In this document: positions 10,405 through 20,423 of the stretch, in pieces
How positions within the stretch are numbered: the stretch's first letter is position 1
Layout: every line of letters begins with the position of its first letter
Source of the DNA: an uncultured Rivularia sp.
Lineage (GTDB): Bacteria; Cyanobacteriota; Cyanobacteriia; Cyanobacteriales; Nostocaceae
DNA: 64,000 nucleotides
Assembly: GCA_963665115.1 (NCBI GenBank)
Contig: OY762007.1
Span: forward strand, 7,584,001-7,648,000
Direction: 5' to 3'
The notes under the pieces: model-generated
Seen by the model: only the letters and a program-made list of their open reading frames with translations
The model's database searches: none
Told to the model about the DNA's origin: nothing
Position numbers and translations under genes: made by a program

Positions 10405-12339
10405 TTATTGAATTCCCAGCCAAGCTTTCATCTCCTTAACTAACCAATTAATTTCCCCAGAAGTTAATCGAGGAGCAAATGCGCCGAAACTATATTTTCT
10501 TACACCGCATTTTACCGTCACCATTAGTAAGTGTTTACCATTTACTTTCGTACTAGATTCATCTTTAGTAACGTCGTGAATCGTCGAAGTTTTCTCTATC
10601 TTTGTTTTGTAAGTAAAACCAAACAGCTTCCTTTGAAGAGTAAAATCATTTCGGTTAAATCTTATATCAAGTCTTCCGAAAGCATTCAATAAAGGCAGAC
10701 TTAAAAATAATAATCCCGGTATAAAGAAAAATATTGCAACTTCTGGATTTGAAATAATTATTGGTCCAGCAATACTAAATATCATCATGCAGGGAAATAT
10801 CAAAGGCAAGTGACCTAACTGTATACCTAGCGGTGGTAATTTAATTTCTAACTGTTCGTAAGATTGATTTAATTCAATTTTACTTCTAGATGGTTTAGAA
10901 GCTGTGAATCTATCTTCAATATCAGCTTCGACTGCTTTTTCAATCCAGTTACGCATAACAGGAGGTAAGATTTTTAATGCATCTTCATCCTGCTTTTGCT
11001 TATTTTCGGGTAATTGTGAAATACCCAACCAATCATTAATTTCTTGAACCAACCACGCTTTCTCAATATCAACTAATTGAGGGCTTAATGCAGCAAAATC
11101 ATATTTGTTTGCACCGACTTCTATTGAAATCTTTTCAACTGGTTCATTATTAGCTGACATATTAATAGTTTTTAAAGCAACATTATGAATGGCTGAAGTT
11201 GTACCTCTTTTATTACGATAGGTAAAACCAAATAGCTTCCATTTTATCTCAAATTTATTTCGGTCAAATTGAATATAACACCCTGCACTCATATTAATAA
11301 TAATTAATCGAATAGCGAAAAAGAATATGCAGAAGAGTAATACTGGAATTGATTGTGAAAAAATGGCTGCAATTGCAAATAAAAATATAAGAATATCTAA
11401 AGGTATTAATAATATTGCAGTTATTAACCATAGGATGTTTTTTCGAGACGGAATTTTTATTTCTAATCGATCTTCAGATTTTTCTAGCTCAATTCGGCTA
11501 GCGTGGGGTTTAGAAATGTGAGAAGATGAATTAGTTACAATACCAGTTGTCAAAGAATTTAAAGCAAGAGAAGCACTACTATATCTATCGTTAATATTTG
11601 GCTCGGTTAGCTTTTCAATCCAGCGGATAAAACCATTGCTCAAACTAACTTTATCTTCAAACTGAATCCGCATATTATTCTGCGGTAAATTTGCTGGTAT
11701 TATCCCCGTTGCTAAATGAATTAATGTTGCTCCTAAAGCATATAAATCCGAAGCGGGAACTGTTCTACCACCAAATTGTTCTATTGGTGCGTAACCGTAA
11801 GTTCCAACGACTGTAAATGTTGTTCCTTGGGCTGCTGCGTTATCTTGTACTGCTCCAAAGTCAATTAAATAAACTTTTTTATCTCCACCTAACATTAAGT
11901 TACTTGGTTTAATGTCGCGGTGAATAACTTGGGGATTTAGTGTATGTAAATAGCAAAGTATTTCTAATACGTCTGTAGCGATTCTTCGTAATTCTTCTTC
12001 GGTAAATCTCTGTTTACTTTCGATTAATTGCTTTAACGATGAACCGGGAATATGTTCTTGAACTAAAGCAAACCAGCTATTTTTATCTTCGATTGAAAAA
12101 TAATCTCGGTATTTGGGGATACGAGGATGAGAAAGCTGTTTGAGAATATCGGCTTCTCGTTCAAAAAGCTTTAAATCTTGCCATTGAAACTGTTCTCCAA
12201 ATGCCAAAAATTTGAGAATTACTGTTTCTGCTGGTTGAATTGAGATATCTTCGGCTAACCAAGTCTGACGACCTGCATTTTGTGCTAACTTTTGTTTTAA
12301 TTGGTAGTGTTGTTGGAATATTTGTTTTGGTTCTAACAT
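10405..12339 (-). CDS. Membrane-anchored Ser/Thr protein kinase with duplicated C-terminal TM/beta module
   Basis: Kinase domain near-identical to 9046..10287. Two copies of IEL..S...LEIK.P-TM-TM-F..KLFGFTY-...WL..E...WLGI. Confidence 0.9.
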   Translation of the reverse strand: MLEPKQIFQQHYQLKQKLAQNAGRQTWLAEDISIQPAETVILKFLAFGEQFQWQDLKLFEREADILKQLSHPRIPKYRDYFSIEDKNSWFALVQEHIPGSSLKQLIESKQRFTEEELRRIATDVLEILCYLHTLNPQVIHRDIKPSNLMLGGDKKVYLIDFGAVQDNAAAQGTTFTVVGTYGYAPIEQFGGRTVPASDLYALGATLIHLATGIIPANLPQNNMRIQFEDKVSLSNGFIRWIEKLTEPNINDRYSSASLALNSLTTGIVTNSSSHISKPHASRIELEKSEDRLEIKIPSRKNILWLITAILLIPLDILIFLFAIAAIFSQSIPVLLFCIFFFAIRLIIINMSAGCYIQFDRNKFEIKWKLFGFTYRNKRGTTSAIHNVALKTINMSANNEPVEKISIEVGANKYDFAALSPQLVDIEKAWLVQEINDWLGISQLPENKQKQDEDALKILPPVMRNWIEKAVEADIEDRFTASKPSRSKIELNQSYEQLEIKLPPLGIQLGHLPLIFPCMMIFSIAGPIIISNPEVAIFFFIPGLLFLSLPLLNAFGRLDIRFNRNDFTLQRKLFGFTYKTKIEKTSTIHDVTKDESSTKVNGKHLLMVTVKCGVRKYSFGAFAPRLTSGEINWLVKEMKAWLGIQ

Positions 12340-12480
12340 AAGTAACTAATTTAAAAAATTTATATCTTTTTAATCAGTAGCTCAAAATAACTAATTCGTC
12401 TTGAGTAATTACCGTAGTGTAATTCAAATATTCTCTAATTAACTTAATATAGATATTTTGTTCTATTCCCTATTCTAACT

Positions 12481-13683
12481 ATGTTAAATAATAAGCAGCT
12501 TTTTCCGCTCATTACGCTTATTCCTATTTTATTATTTAGTTTTGTCAGCTTTTTCTTAACTTCTTGGATTATACTTCCAGCACCAAATTTTTTCCTTCTC
12601 AAGTTTGGAGTCATAGCACCGGAGATATCTCCCTGGTTATTCGTTTTAAACATAATTACTTTATTTCTCTCTTTAATATTTATTCGTCAACTACAAATTC
12701 AACAGACAGTCTGTATTTTAAGTTTGATTGGATTGATGGTTTGTAGTTTGCAATTAGCAAGCATTACACCAACTGAAATACAGTTTAATAAAGCTATAGC
12801 TCAATCATTAGGTACAGATTATCAACAAAGAATTCCAGTTGAAGTCAAAGCAAATATGCGGAAGCAGCCTTTTATTCTAGCTGATGTTTTTCGAGGAATT
12901 AGCTTGCAGAAAACCCGTCATATTACCAATATTAATTTTGCAACTCCCGCCGGAGTACCTTTAAATATGGAAGTTTATCAACCAGAAAAAGTTGGTAAAT
13001 ATCCAGCGATTGTAGTTATTTACGGTGGAGCTTGGCAAAGTGGTAATCCGTCCGTGAAACCTGCGTTTAACAGATACATGGCGGCTCGTGGATATACGGT
13101 ATTTTCTATCGATTACCGTCATGCACCAGAATACAAGTTTCCCGTTCAATTAGATGATGTACGTACTGCTTTAGATTTTATTCGTACTCATGCTGCTGAA
13201 TATGAAGCCGATACCGACAAAATGGTGTTATTAGGGCGCTCTGCTGGCGCTCATTTAGCGATGCTGGCAGCTTACCAGGATGCACCAAAAATTCGCGCTG
13301 TGGTTAACTATTATGGCCCGGTAAACTTAACTCAAGGGTATAACGAACCTCCCTATCCCGATCCAATTAATGCTCGTGCTGTTTTAAAAGCATTTTTAGG
13401 GGGTTCTCCTCAACAGTTACCGATGCTGTATGAAACTGCTTCACCAATAAATTACGTTGTGCCCGATTTACCACCTAATTTACTCATTTACGGAAGTCGA
13501 GATCATGTGGTAGAAGCTAGATTTGGCAGACAAATGTATAAAAAATTGCGGGATAATAATACTGCGGTTTTCTTAGAAATACCTTGGGCAGAACACTCTT
13601 TTGATAGCCTTTTCAACGGTGTCAGCAATCAATTAGCTTTGTATTATACTGAGAGGTTTATTGCTTGGGCTGTTAACAATTAA
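12481..13683 (+). CDS. Membrane-anchored alpha/beta hydrolase (HSL-like esterase)
   Basis: N-terminal TM helices, YGGAW oxyanion loop, GRSAG nucleophile elbow, and D...H catalytic residues (SRDHVV, AEHSF). Confidence 0.88.
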   Translation: MLNNKQLFPLITLIPILLFSFVSFFLTSWIILPAPNFFLLKFGVIAPEISPWLFVLNIITLFLSLIFIRQLQIQQTVCILSLIGLMVCSLQLASITPTEIQFNKAIAQSLGTDYQQRIPVEVKANMRKQPFILADVFRGISLQKTRHITNINFATPAGVPLNMEVYQPEKVGKYPAIVVIYGGAWQSGNPSVKPAFNRYMAARGYTVFSIDYRHAPEYKFPVQLDDVRTALDFIRTHAAEYEADTDKMVLLGRSAGAHLAMLAAYQDAPKIRAVVNYYGPVNLTQGYNEPPYPDPINARAVLKAFLGGSPQQLPMLYETASPINYVVPDLPPNLLIYGSRDHVVEARFGRQMYKKLRDNNTAVFLEIPWAEHSFDSLFNGVSNQLALYYTERFIAWAVNN

Positions 13684-13780
13684 CAGTTATCAATTATCAA
13701 CTTTTATAGTCAGTCTGATTTATCAGACTTTGTTTTTGAGCCTGGGAATTTATTCCAAGGCGGTTTACGATGCTATATAA

Positions 13781-13805
13781 AAGGACTAAAGTCCTTACTA
13801 CGAAC
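13781..13805 (-). repeat. REP-like palindrome family 2 (GTTYGTAGTAAGG..CTTTAG..CCT); also an inverted pair at 45455-45510 and a copy near 56362-56421
   Basis: AAGGACTAAAGTCCTT hairpin with ACTACGAAC tail. This copy supplies the stop codon of the HD gene. Confidence 0.65.
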
Positions 13806-14391
13806 TTTTCAAATACCCCTTAGCAATACAATTTTCAATTTCTGCTAATATAAAATCCCAAAGTTCTGGCGTACCTTCTTCTACAGGTGCCATTCTTTTC
13901 ATAACTTGACTGCGGTTAATATTATGTATTTTCCAAGTTCCGCCTTCAGTTTGTTGATTGTGGAGAAAAGGCTGTATTCTATCTAAAGCTGCTGCAAATT
14001 TAGCCGTCGGTGTAACTCTGGCTTCAAATTCATCCCAAAGTAATCGTAATTCTTTTGCTTGTTCTTCTGGTAATAATCCAAATATTCGGGTTGCTGCTTC
14101 TAATTCTCTTTCGGCTTTACTTTCATTCCCTCGCACGTCATAACAAAAGGTATCGCCAGCATCAATTTCTACTAAATCGTGAATTAATGACATTTTCATG
14201 GCGCGAAATAAATCGGTTCCTTCGGTTGCGTATTCGGCTAAAATCATTGTCATTATTGCTAAATGCCAAGAATGTTCGCCGCTATTTTCTCGACGGGAAC
14301 CATCTATTAATAATGTTTGCCGCAATACATTTTTTAATTTGTCAATTTCGATGATGAATTGTAATTGTTGTTTGAGTCGATTTGGTTGCAT
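13798..14391 (-). CDS. HD-domain phosphohydrolase (YfbR/5'-deoxynucleotidase-like)
   Basis: RENSGEHSW, IHDLVEIDAGD, ALDR motifs. Start moved to MQPNRL (14391) because the longer frame begins in a REP-like repeat. Confidence 0.88.
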   Translation of the reverse strand: MQPNRLKQQLQFIIEIDKLKNVLRQTLLIDGSRRENSGEHSWHLAIMTMILAEYATEGTDLFRAMKMSLIHDLVEIDAGDTFCYDVRGNESKAERELEAATRIFGLLPEEQAKELRLLWDEFEARVTPTAKFAAALDRIQPFLHNQQTEGGTWKIHNINRSQVMKRMAPVEEGTPELWDFILAEIENCIAKGYLKSS

Positions 14392-14457
14392 TTTTAGTAG
14401 TAAATACTGTAAACTTCGGTTTGCTTGTAAAGTTATTGATACAACCAAAAATAGAGG

Positions 14458-14483
14458 GAGACGTTGCACTGCAACGTCTCTAC
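14458..14483. repeat. REP-like palindrome family 1 (consensus GTAGAGACGTWGCANTGCWACGTCT); other copies at 17632, 22265, 24954, 44242, 48367, 56268, 62178
   Basis: Eight intergenic copies of a GTAG-headed hairpin seen directly. The 22265 and 48367 copies are variant in the loop region. Confidence 0.85.
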
Positions 14484-14550
14484 ATGATTAATTTGTATCA
14501 TCATTAAGGTGAAATAAGATCATCAATATATTTATAATCCAAAATTAATT

Positions 14551-15031
14551 ATGGCTGATATGTTAGTTAAACTCTATACTTTGCCATCCTTCGAAGTAGA
14601 GATTACCGCGCAAGAGAAGCAGGGTATAGTTATTAGACGTGCGATCGCGCCGGAAAAAAAGACGATTCTGGCTTGGGTTGAGGAGCAATTTAATACACGC
14701 TGGATGAGTGAATGTGACGTTTCTTTTAAAAATTCGCCTCCTAGCTGTTGGATTGCTGTGGAAAACCAGCAAATTCTCGGTTTCGCTTGTTATGAATGCA
14801 CTTGTAAGAATTTTTTTGGGCCCCATTGGTGTTGGCGAAGCAGCAAGAGGGAAAAAAGTTGGTAAAGCATTGTTATTAGCTTGCTTGCACGATATGCGGG
14901 TGCAAGGATATGGTTATGCAGTTATCGGTGGTGCAAGCGATGGTGTAGCGGATTTTTATCGCAAAACTGTAGGTGCAACGGTTATCGAGGATTCGTCACC
15001 AGGAATTTATAAAGGGATGTTAAGAAAATAA
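14551..15031 (+). CDS. GNAT family N-acetyltransferase, split by a +1 frameshift at 14821-14824
   Basis: Removing one C from GGGCCCC gives KNFFGPIGVGEAARGKKVGKALL (acetyl-CoA binding motif) followed by ..ADFYRK. Confidence 0.85.
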
Positions 15032-15068
15032 TTGATAATTGATAATTGGTAATTGATAATTTATTTTA

Positions 15069-16109
15069 ATGGAATCAATTTTAACCCAAATTAGGAATTG
15101 GATTGATACAGTTTGGGAATTTTTAGAAACAGAGAATTTTCTTCGTCCGCTTTTAATAATTCTTGTAATTGTTGCAATAAGTTCGATAAGTTTGTCTATA
15201 GTTGAACCAAATTTATCTTTATTTGATAGCTTATGGTGGGCTATTGTCACCTTAACTACAGTTGGCTATGGTGACGTTACTCCTAAAACTTTTGCCGGAC
15301 GTTTTATTGCTTTTATTGATATGCTTGTGGGAATTGGAGTTTTGACTCTACTTACCGCTACAGTTGCCAGTATTTTAGTAGAAAGAAAAATTAGTAAAGA
15401 TTTAGGAATGCATTCTTATAATTTTGAAAACCACATTATTTTGTGTGAGTGGAATTATCGGGCTGAAATAATTATTAAAGAGTTGCGTTTAGAGCCGGAA
15501 ACAGAAAAAAGTCCTATAGTTTTAATCTCTGATATAGATAAAAAACCAGTAAAAGATAAACATTTGTTCTTTGTCAAAGGTGAGGTATGTGATGAAATTC
15601 TGCACCAAGCAAATTTAGACAAAGCCAAAACCGCAATTATTCTCGGTGACGAAAATTTAGACTATAAACAACGCGATGCAAGAGTTATTTTATCAACTTT
15701 GACAATAAAAAGTATTAATAAACAAGTTTATACAATTGTCGAACTAATAAATGAAAATAATATTGAAACTTGCAAGCGAGCTTGTGCTGACGAAATAATT
15801 GTTAGCAGTAAATTATCTAGCAATCTGATTTCTAGCGCTGCTATCAATCACGGTATCAGTAACGTTATTTCTGATATTGTCACTTATGAATATGGTTCTC
15901 AACTATTTAAAATAGCTGTTCCAGAATCTGAAGTTGGACATCTTTTCATAGATGTTTTCATCAAAATGAAGAAAGATTCTCAAAGTACTGTTATTGCAAT
16001 ACAAAATGGTAATGAAGGAGAAACCATTTCTAATCCACCTCCTGATTATGAACTTGCAGCCGATGACTATTTAATTTTTATTGGTAGCTACGATAAGGAG
16101 AGGGAGTAG
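15069..16109 (+). CDS. Potassium channel protein with RCK/TrkA domains
   Basis: TTVGYGD selectivity filter between TM helices; C-terminal HIILC..RCK_N and RCK_C regions. Confidence 0.92.
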   Translation: MESILTQIRNWIDTVWEFLETENFLRPLLIILVIVAISSISLSIVEPNLSLFDSLWWAIVTLTTVGYGDVTPKTFAGRFIAFIDMLVGIGVLTLLTATVASILVERKISKDLGMHSYNFENHIILCEWNYRAEIIIKELRLEPETEKSPIVLISDIDKKPVKDKHLFFVKGEVCDEILHQANLDKAKTAIILGDENLDYKQRDARVILSTLTIKSINKQVYTIVELINENNIETCKRACADEIIVSSKLSSNLISSAAINHGISNVISDIVTYEYGSQLFKIAVPESEVGHLFIDVFIKMKKDSQSTVIAIQNGNEGETISNPPPDYELAADDYLIFIGSYDKERE

Positions 16110-16292
16110 AGGGGGAGAGAGGGAGACAAGGAGACATTATTAAAGTAGTGAGTAATGAGTAATGAGTAATGAGTAATGAGTAAAAATAGATGGGCAGAAG
16201 TACCGACATTTATGACAATAATAAAAAAGTGATTTACTTGCTACTCTCTACTCCCTACTCCTAACTATTCCCAATGCCCAATGCCCAATTCC

Positions 16293-16982
16293 CTACTCCG
16301 ATTCGCTTGGCACAACAATCAACGAAAAATAAGGTACAGTTTCCGCTTCAACTTCATTGATAGATAATATCTGCTGATTTTCTAAAGTCGCATTTTCAAT
16401 ATACTTTGCTCTTTCAACTAACCCCAACTCTTGCAAAACCTGCTTTACCTTAGTAAAATTTCTTCCTAATTTGATAATTACCGCAGCATCTGCAAGCTGC
16501 AATTTTTCTTGCAAAACTTCTCTCGAAAGTATCCCCGAAAGCACCATGAAAACATCATTTCGGTAAGTCAAAGGCATCCCTATCGTAGCAGCGCTAGCCA
16601 TTACCGAAGATATTCCCGGAACTATTTCCGTTGCATATTTAGGTGAGAGTCGATTGAAAATATACATAAAACTTCCGTAAAAAAACGGGTCGCCTTCACA
16701 GAGTACGGCAACATCTCGTCCGTTATTTAAATGTTCTGCTAATTGCTCGGCAGCCTTGTCATAAAAGGGTTGAGCGGATTGTTCTAATTTAAAAGGTAAT
16801 ACTATGGGAATCTCTATTTGATTGCCTTTGATAAATTCAGCAACAATCGAACGAGCAAAACTGTTACCTTCTTCCGAAGCAGGATAAGCGATTACAGGAA
16901 TAGACTGTAAAATTCGTAACGCCTTCAAAGTAATTAACTCGGGATTTCCCGTACCTACACCTACACCGTACAGACAACTCAA
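16293..16982 (-). CDS. cobI: Precorrin-2 C20-methyltransferase
   Basis: LYGVGVGTGNPELITLKA, EGDPFFYGS, VPGISS. Probable TTG start at 16982, just after the cobH stop. Confidence 0.9.
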   Translation of the reverse strand: MSCLYGVGVGTGNPELITLKALRILQSIPVIAYPASEEGNSFARSIVAEFIKGNQIEIPIVLPFKLEQSAQPFYDKAAEQLAEHLNNGRDVAVLCEGDPFFYGSFMYIFNRLSPKYATEIVPGISSVMASAATIGMPLTYRNDVFMVLSGILSREVLQEKLQLADAAVIIKLGRNFTKVKQVLQELGLVERAKYIENATLENQQILSINEVEAETVPYFSLIVVPSESE

Positions 16983-16983
16983 G

Positions 16984-17607
16984 TTACTGCTCCTCCTGAC
17001 ATAGAGCATTTACAGCAGCCGATGCGATCGCGCTTCCTCCTCTTCTGCCATGCAAAGTTACAAATGGCACTCCTCGACTATTCGCAGCCAGAGCCGCTTT
17101 CGATTCTGCCGCACCTACAAAACCCACGGGAAAACCTAAAATAACCGCAGGCTTAGGAAATCCGGCATCAAATAATTCTAAAAGGTGAAATAAACCAGTA
17201 GGAGCATTACCAATCGCCACAATTGCCCCTTCAATCTCGGATTCCCATAACTCTATCGCAGCCGCAGAACGAGTATTACCCATTTTCCAAGCTAATTCCG
17301 GTACCTCTGGATAATTCAGCGTACAAATTACGGGATTCTTCGCAGGTAAACGCCGTTGAATAATGCCTTTTGCTACCATTTCAGCGTCGCATAAAATAGC
17401 TTCACCCGCCGCAAGCGCTCTTTTAGCAACAGTTATAGAGTTGGGCGATGCTTCTAAATCGGTAACAATATCAGTCATGCCGCAACTATGAATGATACGC
17501 ACTGCCAACGGTATTAAATCGGCAGGTAAGTTTTCTAAATTCGCTTCCTCACGAATGATAGAAAAGGAACGGTTGTAGATTTCTTTAGGATTGCGGATGT
17601 AGTCCAT
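16984..17607 (-). CDS. cobH: Precorrin-8X methylmutase
   Basis: IY.RSF.IIR.E, TRSAAA, IGNAPT, PVGFVGAAESK, GRRGGSA motifs. Start MDYIRNP at 17607. Confidence 0.93.
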   Translation of the reverse strand: MDYIRNPKEIYNRSFSIIREEANLENLPADLIPLAVRIIHSCGMTDIVTDLEASPNSITVAKRALAAGEAILCDAEMVAKGIIQRRLPAKNPVICTLNYPEVPELAWKMGNTRSAAAIELWESEIEGAIVAIGNAPTGLFHLLELFDAGFPKPAVILGFPVGFVGAAESKAALAANSRGVPFVTLHGRRGGSAIASAAVNALCQEEQ

Positions 17608-17870
17608 TGAGAATAGTGAGGAGTTAGGAGTGTAGAGACGTAGCAGTGCTACGTCTGTTAAGAATTTAAAAAAATTAATGATTTTCAAGCCTAGAATATC
17701 ACGAACGCAAGTAATGGTTTGCCTGTATGTTCCCCATTCCCTACTCTCTACTCACTACTCTCTACTTGCTACTCCCTACTCCCTACTCACTACTTCCTAC
17801 TTTCTACTTTCTACTCCCCATTCCCCACCCAGAATATAATAATGTAATCAAAATAAACAAACGCATATTG

Positions 17871-19079
17871 ATGCACAAATGGTTATCGGTGGTGGGTATT
17901 GGTGAGGATGGTTTACCTGGATTAAGTCAGGTAGCTTGTTCGCTCGTGGAAAAAGCCGAAGTTTTGGTGGGAGGCTCGCGTCATTTATCGATGCTTCCAG
18001 AAGGCGATACCAGGGAAAAGTTAATTTGGAGTTCTCCTATTGCCACTTCTGTAGAAGATATTATTCAGCGTCGCGGGCAATCAGTTTGCATTTTAGCAAG
18101 TGGCGATCCGATGTGTTTCGGTATCGGCGTTACTCTTACCCGTCGCATACCCATTTGTGAAATAACTATTATTCCCGCACCTTCATCTTTTAGTCTTGCT
18201 TGTGCGCGTTTGGGATGGGCTTTACAAGAGGTAGAAATTTTAACTTTAGCAGCTCGTCCGATATCTCTGCTGCATCCGGTAATTTATCCTGGTGCGCGAT
18301 TACTTATTCTCAGTGAAGGCAGAAATACACCGTCGATTGTCGCGCAAACCCTTTTAGACAGAGGTTTCGGCAACAGTAAAATTACAGTGTTGGAATATAT
18401 GGGGGGAGAACGCGAGCGTATAATTGAAGGTATTGCTGCCCAATGGGAAACCACCAAAATCGCCAGCTTAAATACAATTGCAGTCGAATGTATCGCCGAT
18501 GCAGATATATTGCAGCTTCCCAGAATCGCTGGTTTACCAGATATAGCTTTTCACCACGACGGGCAACTTACCAAACGCGAAGTTAGAGCAATAACATTAG
18601 CCGCACTTGCACCCATCCCCGGACAAATGTTGTGGGATATCGGCGCTGGTTGCGGTTCTATCAGCATCGAATGGATGCGAACCCATCCCCGATGTTGGGC
18701 GATCGCCATCGAAAAAAATTATCCCAGGCTTAATTACATTGCCGACAATGCCGCAAGTTTAGGCACACCAAATCTGCGTATAATTCACGGTGATTCACCA
18801 GCAGCATTAAACGGATTGCAGCCACCAGACGCAATTTTTATTGGCGGTGGCGTAACAGCAGAAGGAATATTTGATACCTGTTGGCAAGCACTTCGTACTG
18901 GAGGACGTTTGGTAGCCAATGCAGTGACAGTAGAAAGCGAACAGAAATTACTCGAATGGCACAGTCAAGTTGGCGGAAGTTTAACAAGGATAGCCATCCA
19001 AAGAGCGCAACCCGTAGGTAAATTTTTGGCATGGAAAGCGATGGTACCCGTGACGCAGTGGGTTGTGGTGAAGGAGTGA
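17871..19079 (+). CDS. cobL: Bifunctional precorrin-6Y C5,15-methyltransferase (CbiE/CbiT fusion)
   Basis: VVGIGEDG, LASGDP, QLTKREVR, WDIGAGCGS, IFIGGG. Start MHKWLS at 17871; the upstream extension in the ORF track is STRR repeat. Confidence 0.9.
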   Translation: MHKWLSVVGIGEDGLPGLSQVACSLVEKAEVLVGGSRHLSMLPEGDTREKLIWSSPIATSVEDIIQRRGQSVCILASGDPMCFGIGVTLTRRIPICEITIIPAPSSFSLACARLGWALQEVEILTLAARPISLLHPVIYPGARLLILSEGRNTPSIVAQTLLDRGFGNSKITVLEYMGGERERIIEGIAAQWETTKIASLNTIAVECIADADILQLPRIAGLPDIAFHHDGQLTKREVRAITLAALAPIPGQMLWDIGAGCGSISIEWMRTHPRCWAIAIEKNYPRLNYIADNAASLGTPNLRIIHGDSPAALNGLQPPDAIFIGGGVTAEGIFDTCWQALRTGGRLVANAVTVESEQKLLEWHSQVGGSLTRIAIQRAQPVGKFLAWKAMVPVTQWVVVKE

Positions 19080-19145
19080 GTTAGGAGTAGCAAGCAGTAA
19101 AAAGCGTTTCCTCTTTCCCATACCCAATGCCCAATGCCCAATTTC

Positions 19146-19868
19146 TTAAATCGCATCTGGATCGATATTTAATTCTCGCAATTTAGCGGCTAATCTTTCT
19201 GCTTTTTGCAGAGCAATTTCTTTTTGTTCTCGCTCGTATTCTTTTTGTTCTCGCTCGGAGTCGGCTTGTTCTTCGGGTGTAGGAACTAACTCACCTTCTG
19301 CTGTAAAAAGTCTTAATAATCCTTGATGAATACCCAAATATAAATTTAACTGCTGACTCCATAAATGTCCTCGATCGTTAGGTTGTATTGGTTGATATTC
19401 ACCAACTAATAAATCAAACCCTGCAAACTCTAAAGTATAAGGATCGAACCAAAAATAATTAGGTGTGCGAAAGGTATTTTGATAAAATTTTTTCTTTACT
19501 TCTTTATCAAGATTAACGGTTAATTCTGAGAGAATTTCTAGAATTACATGAGGATATTTACCATCTTCATCCCACATAACCCAACTTTTACGAGTTTTAC
19601 GTTCGGTGTCTAATACGACAAAGAAATCAGGTCTGCGAAAGTAAAGTAATTCATCCTGTTTCTTACCATAGTAAATTTTTAAATCCCCAGCAGCATAAAA
19701 ATCATTTTTATCTTGCCATAACCATTCGAGACAATTTAGAAGTAAAATAATTTGCCGTAAATGCAGTTCGCTTTCCAAGGGTGGTTCATCGCTGAATAAA
19801 TCATTTGGAAGAACAATAACATTTTGTGTTACATCTTGAGTAGTCTCTAATTCTTCAGCTAGGGACAT
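19146..19868 (-). CDS. Uma2 family (DUF820) PD-(D/E)XK endonuclease-like protein
   Basis: SDEPPLES.LH, PDFFVV, EILS, YFWFDP and a C-terminal coiled tail ending AERLAAKLRELNIDPD. Confidence 0.88.
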   Translation of the reverse strand: MSLAEELETTQDVTQNVIVLPNDLFSDEPPLESELHLRQIILLLNCLEWLWQDKNDFYAAGDLKIYYGKKQDELLYFRRPDFFVVLDTERKTRKSWVMWDEDGKYPHVILEILSELTVNLDKEVKKKFYQNTFRTPNYFWFDPYTLEFAGFDLLVGEYQPIQPNDRGHLWSQQLNLYLGIHQGLLRLFTAEGELVPTPEEQADSEREQKEYEREQKEIALQKAERLAAKLRELNIDPDAI

Positions 19869-19946
19869 AATTGGTAATAGAGTTTAGGAAGTTGATAACT
19901 TTATTTTACAGTCAACTATCAATATCAACCTGCGACGACTTTACAA

Positions 19947-20402
19947 ATGGAATATATAAAAGGTGATTTAATCAAACTTGCGCTGGCGGGAAATTTTGAA
20001 GTTATAGCTCACGGCTGTAACTGTATGTGTCAAATGGGTGCGGGTATTGCTAAAACAATAAAACTAGAATTTCCACAAGCATATAAAGCAGATTGTGCGA
20101 CAAAAAAAGGCGATAAAAGTAAATTAGGAACCTGTACTTTTGCGACTTGTAAAATTGAAAATGGCGTTTGCGATGTAGTTAATGCCTATACACAATATCA
20201 TTGGCGCGGAAAAGGAGTTTTAGTTGATTATGATGAAATTCGTAGCTGTATGCGTTGGTTAAAAGAGAATTACTCAGATAAAAAAATTGGTTTACCAAAA
20301 ATAGGTGCCGGATTAGCAAAAGGAGATTGGAATATTATTGAATCTATTATTGCTGAAGAATTAAAACATGAAAATGTAAAAATAGTTTTATTTGAAAAAT
20401 AA
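19947..20402 (+). CDS. Macro domain protein (ADP-ribose binding/hydrolase)
   Basis: KGDL, IAHGCNC..MGAGIA, NAYTQ, LPKIGAGLAKGDW motifs. Confidence 0.88.
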   Translation: MEYIKGDLIKLALAGNFEVIAHGCNCMCQMGAGIAKTIKLEFPQAYKADCATKKGDKSKLGTCTFATCKIENGVCDVVNAYTQYHWRGKGVLVDYDEIRSCMRWLKENYSDKKIGLPKIGAGLAKGDWNIIESIIAEELKHENVKIVLFEK

Positions 20403-20423
20403 TTGACTCCCAACTCTTAACTC

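Noticed and set aside
1..12339. Diversity-generating retroelement acting on the kinase arrays
   Set aside because: No reverse transcriptase, no TR/VR pair with adenine-specific mismatches, and no C-type-lectin/FGE-type target domain seen.
17727..17870. 48-aa N-terminal extension of cobL (PYSLL repeats)
   Set aside because: Translation of STRR repeats; the family-like sequence begins at MHKWLS (17871). The same applies to the 58708-58767 extension.
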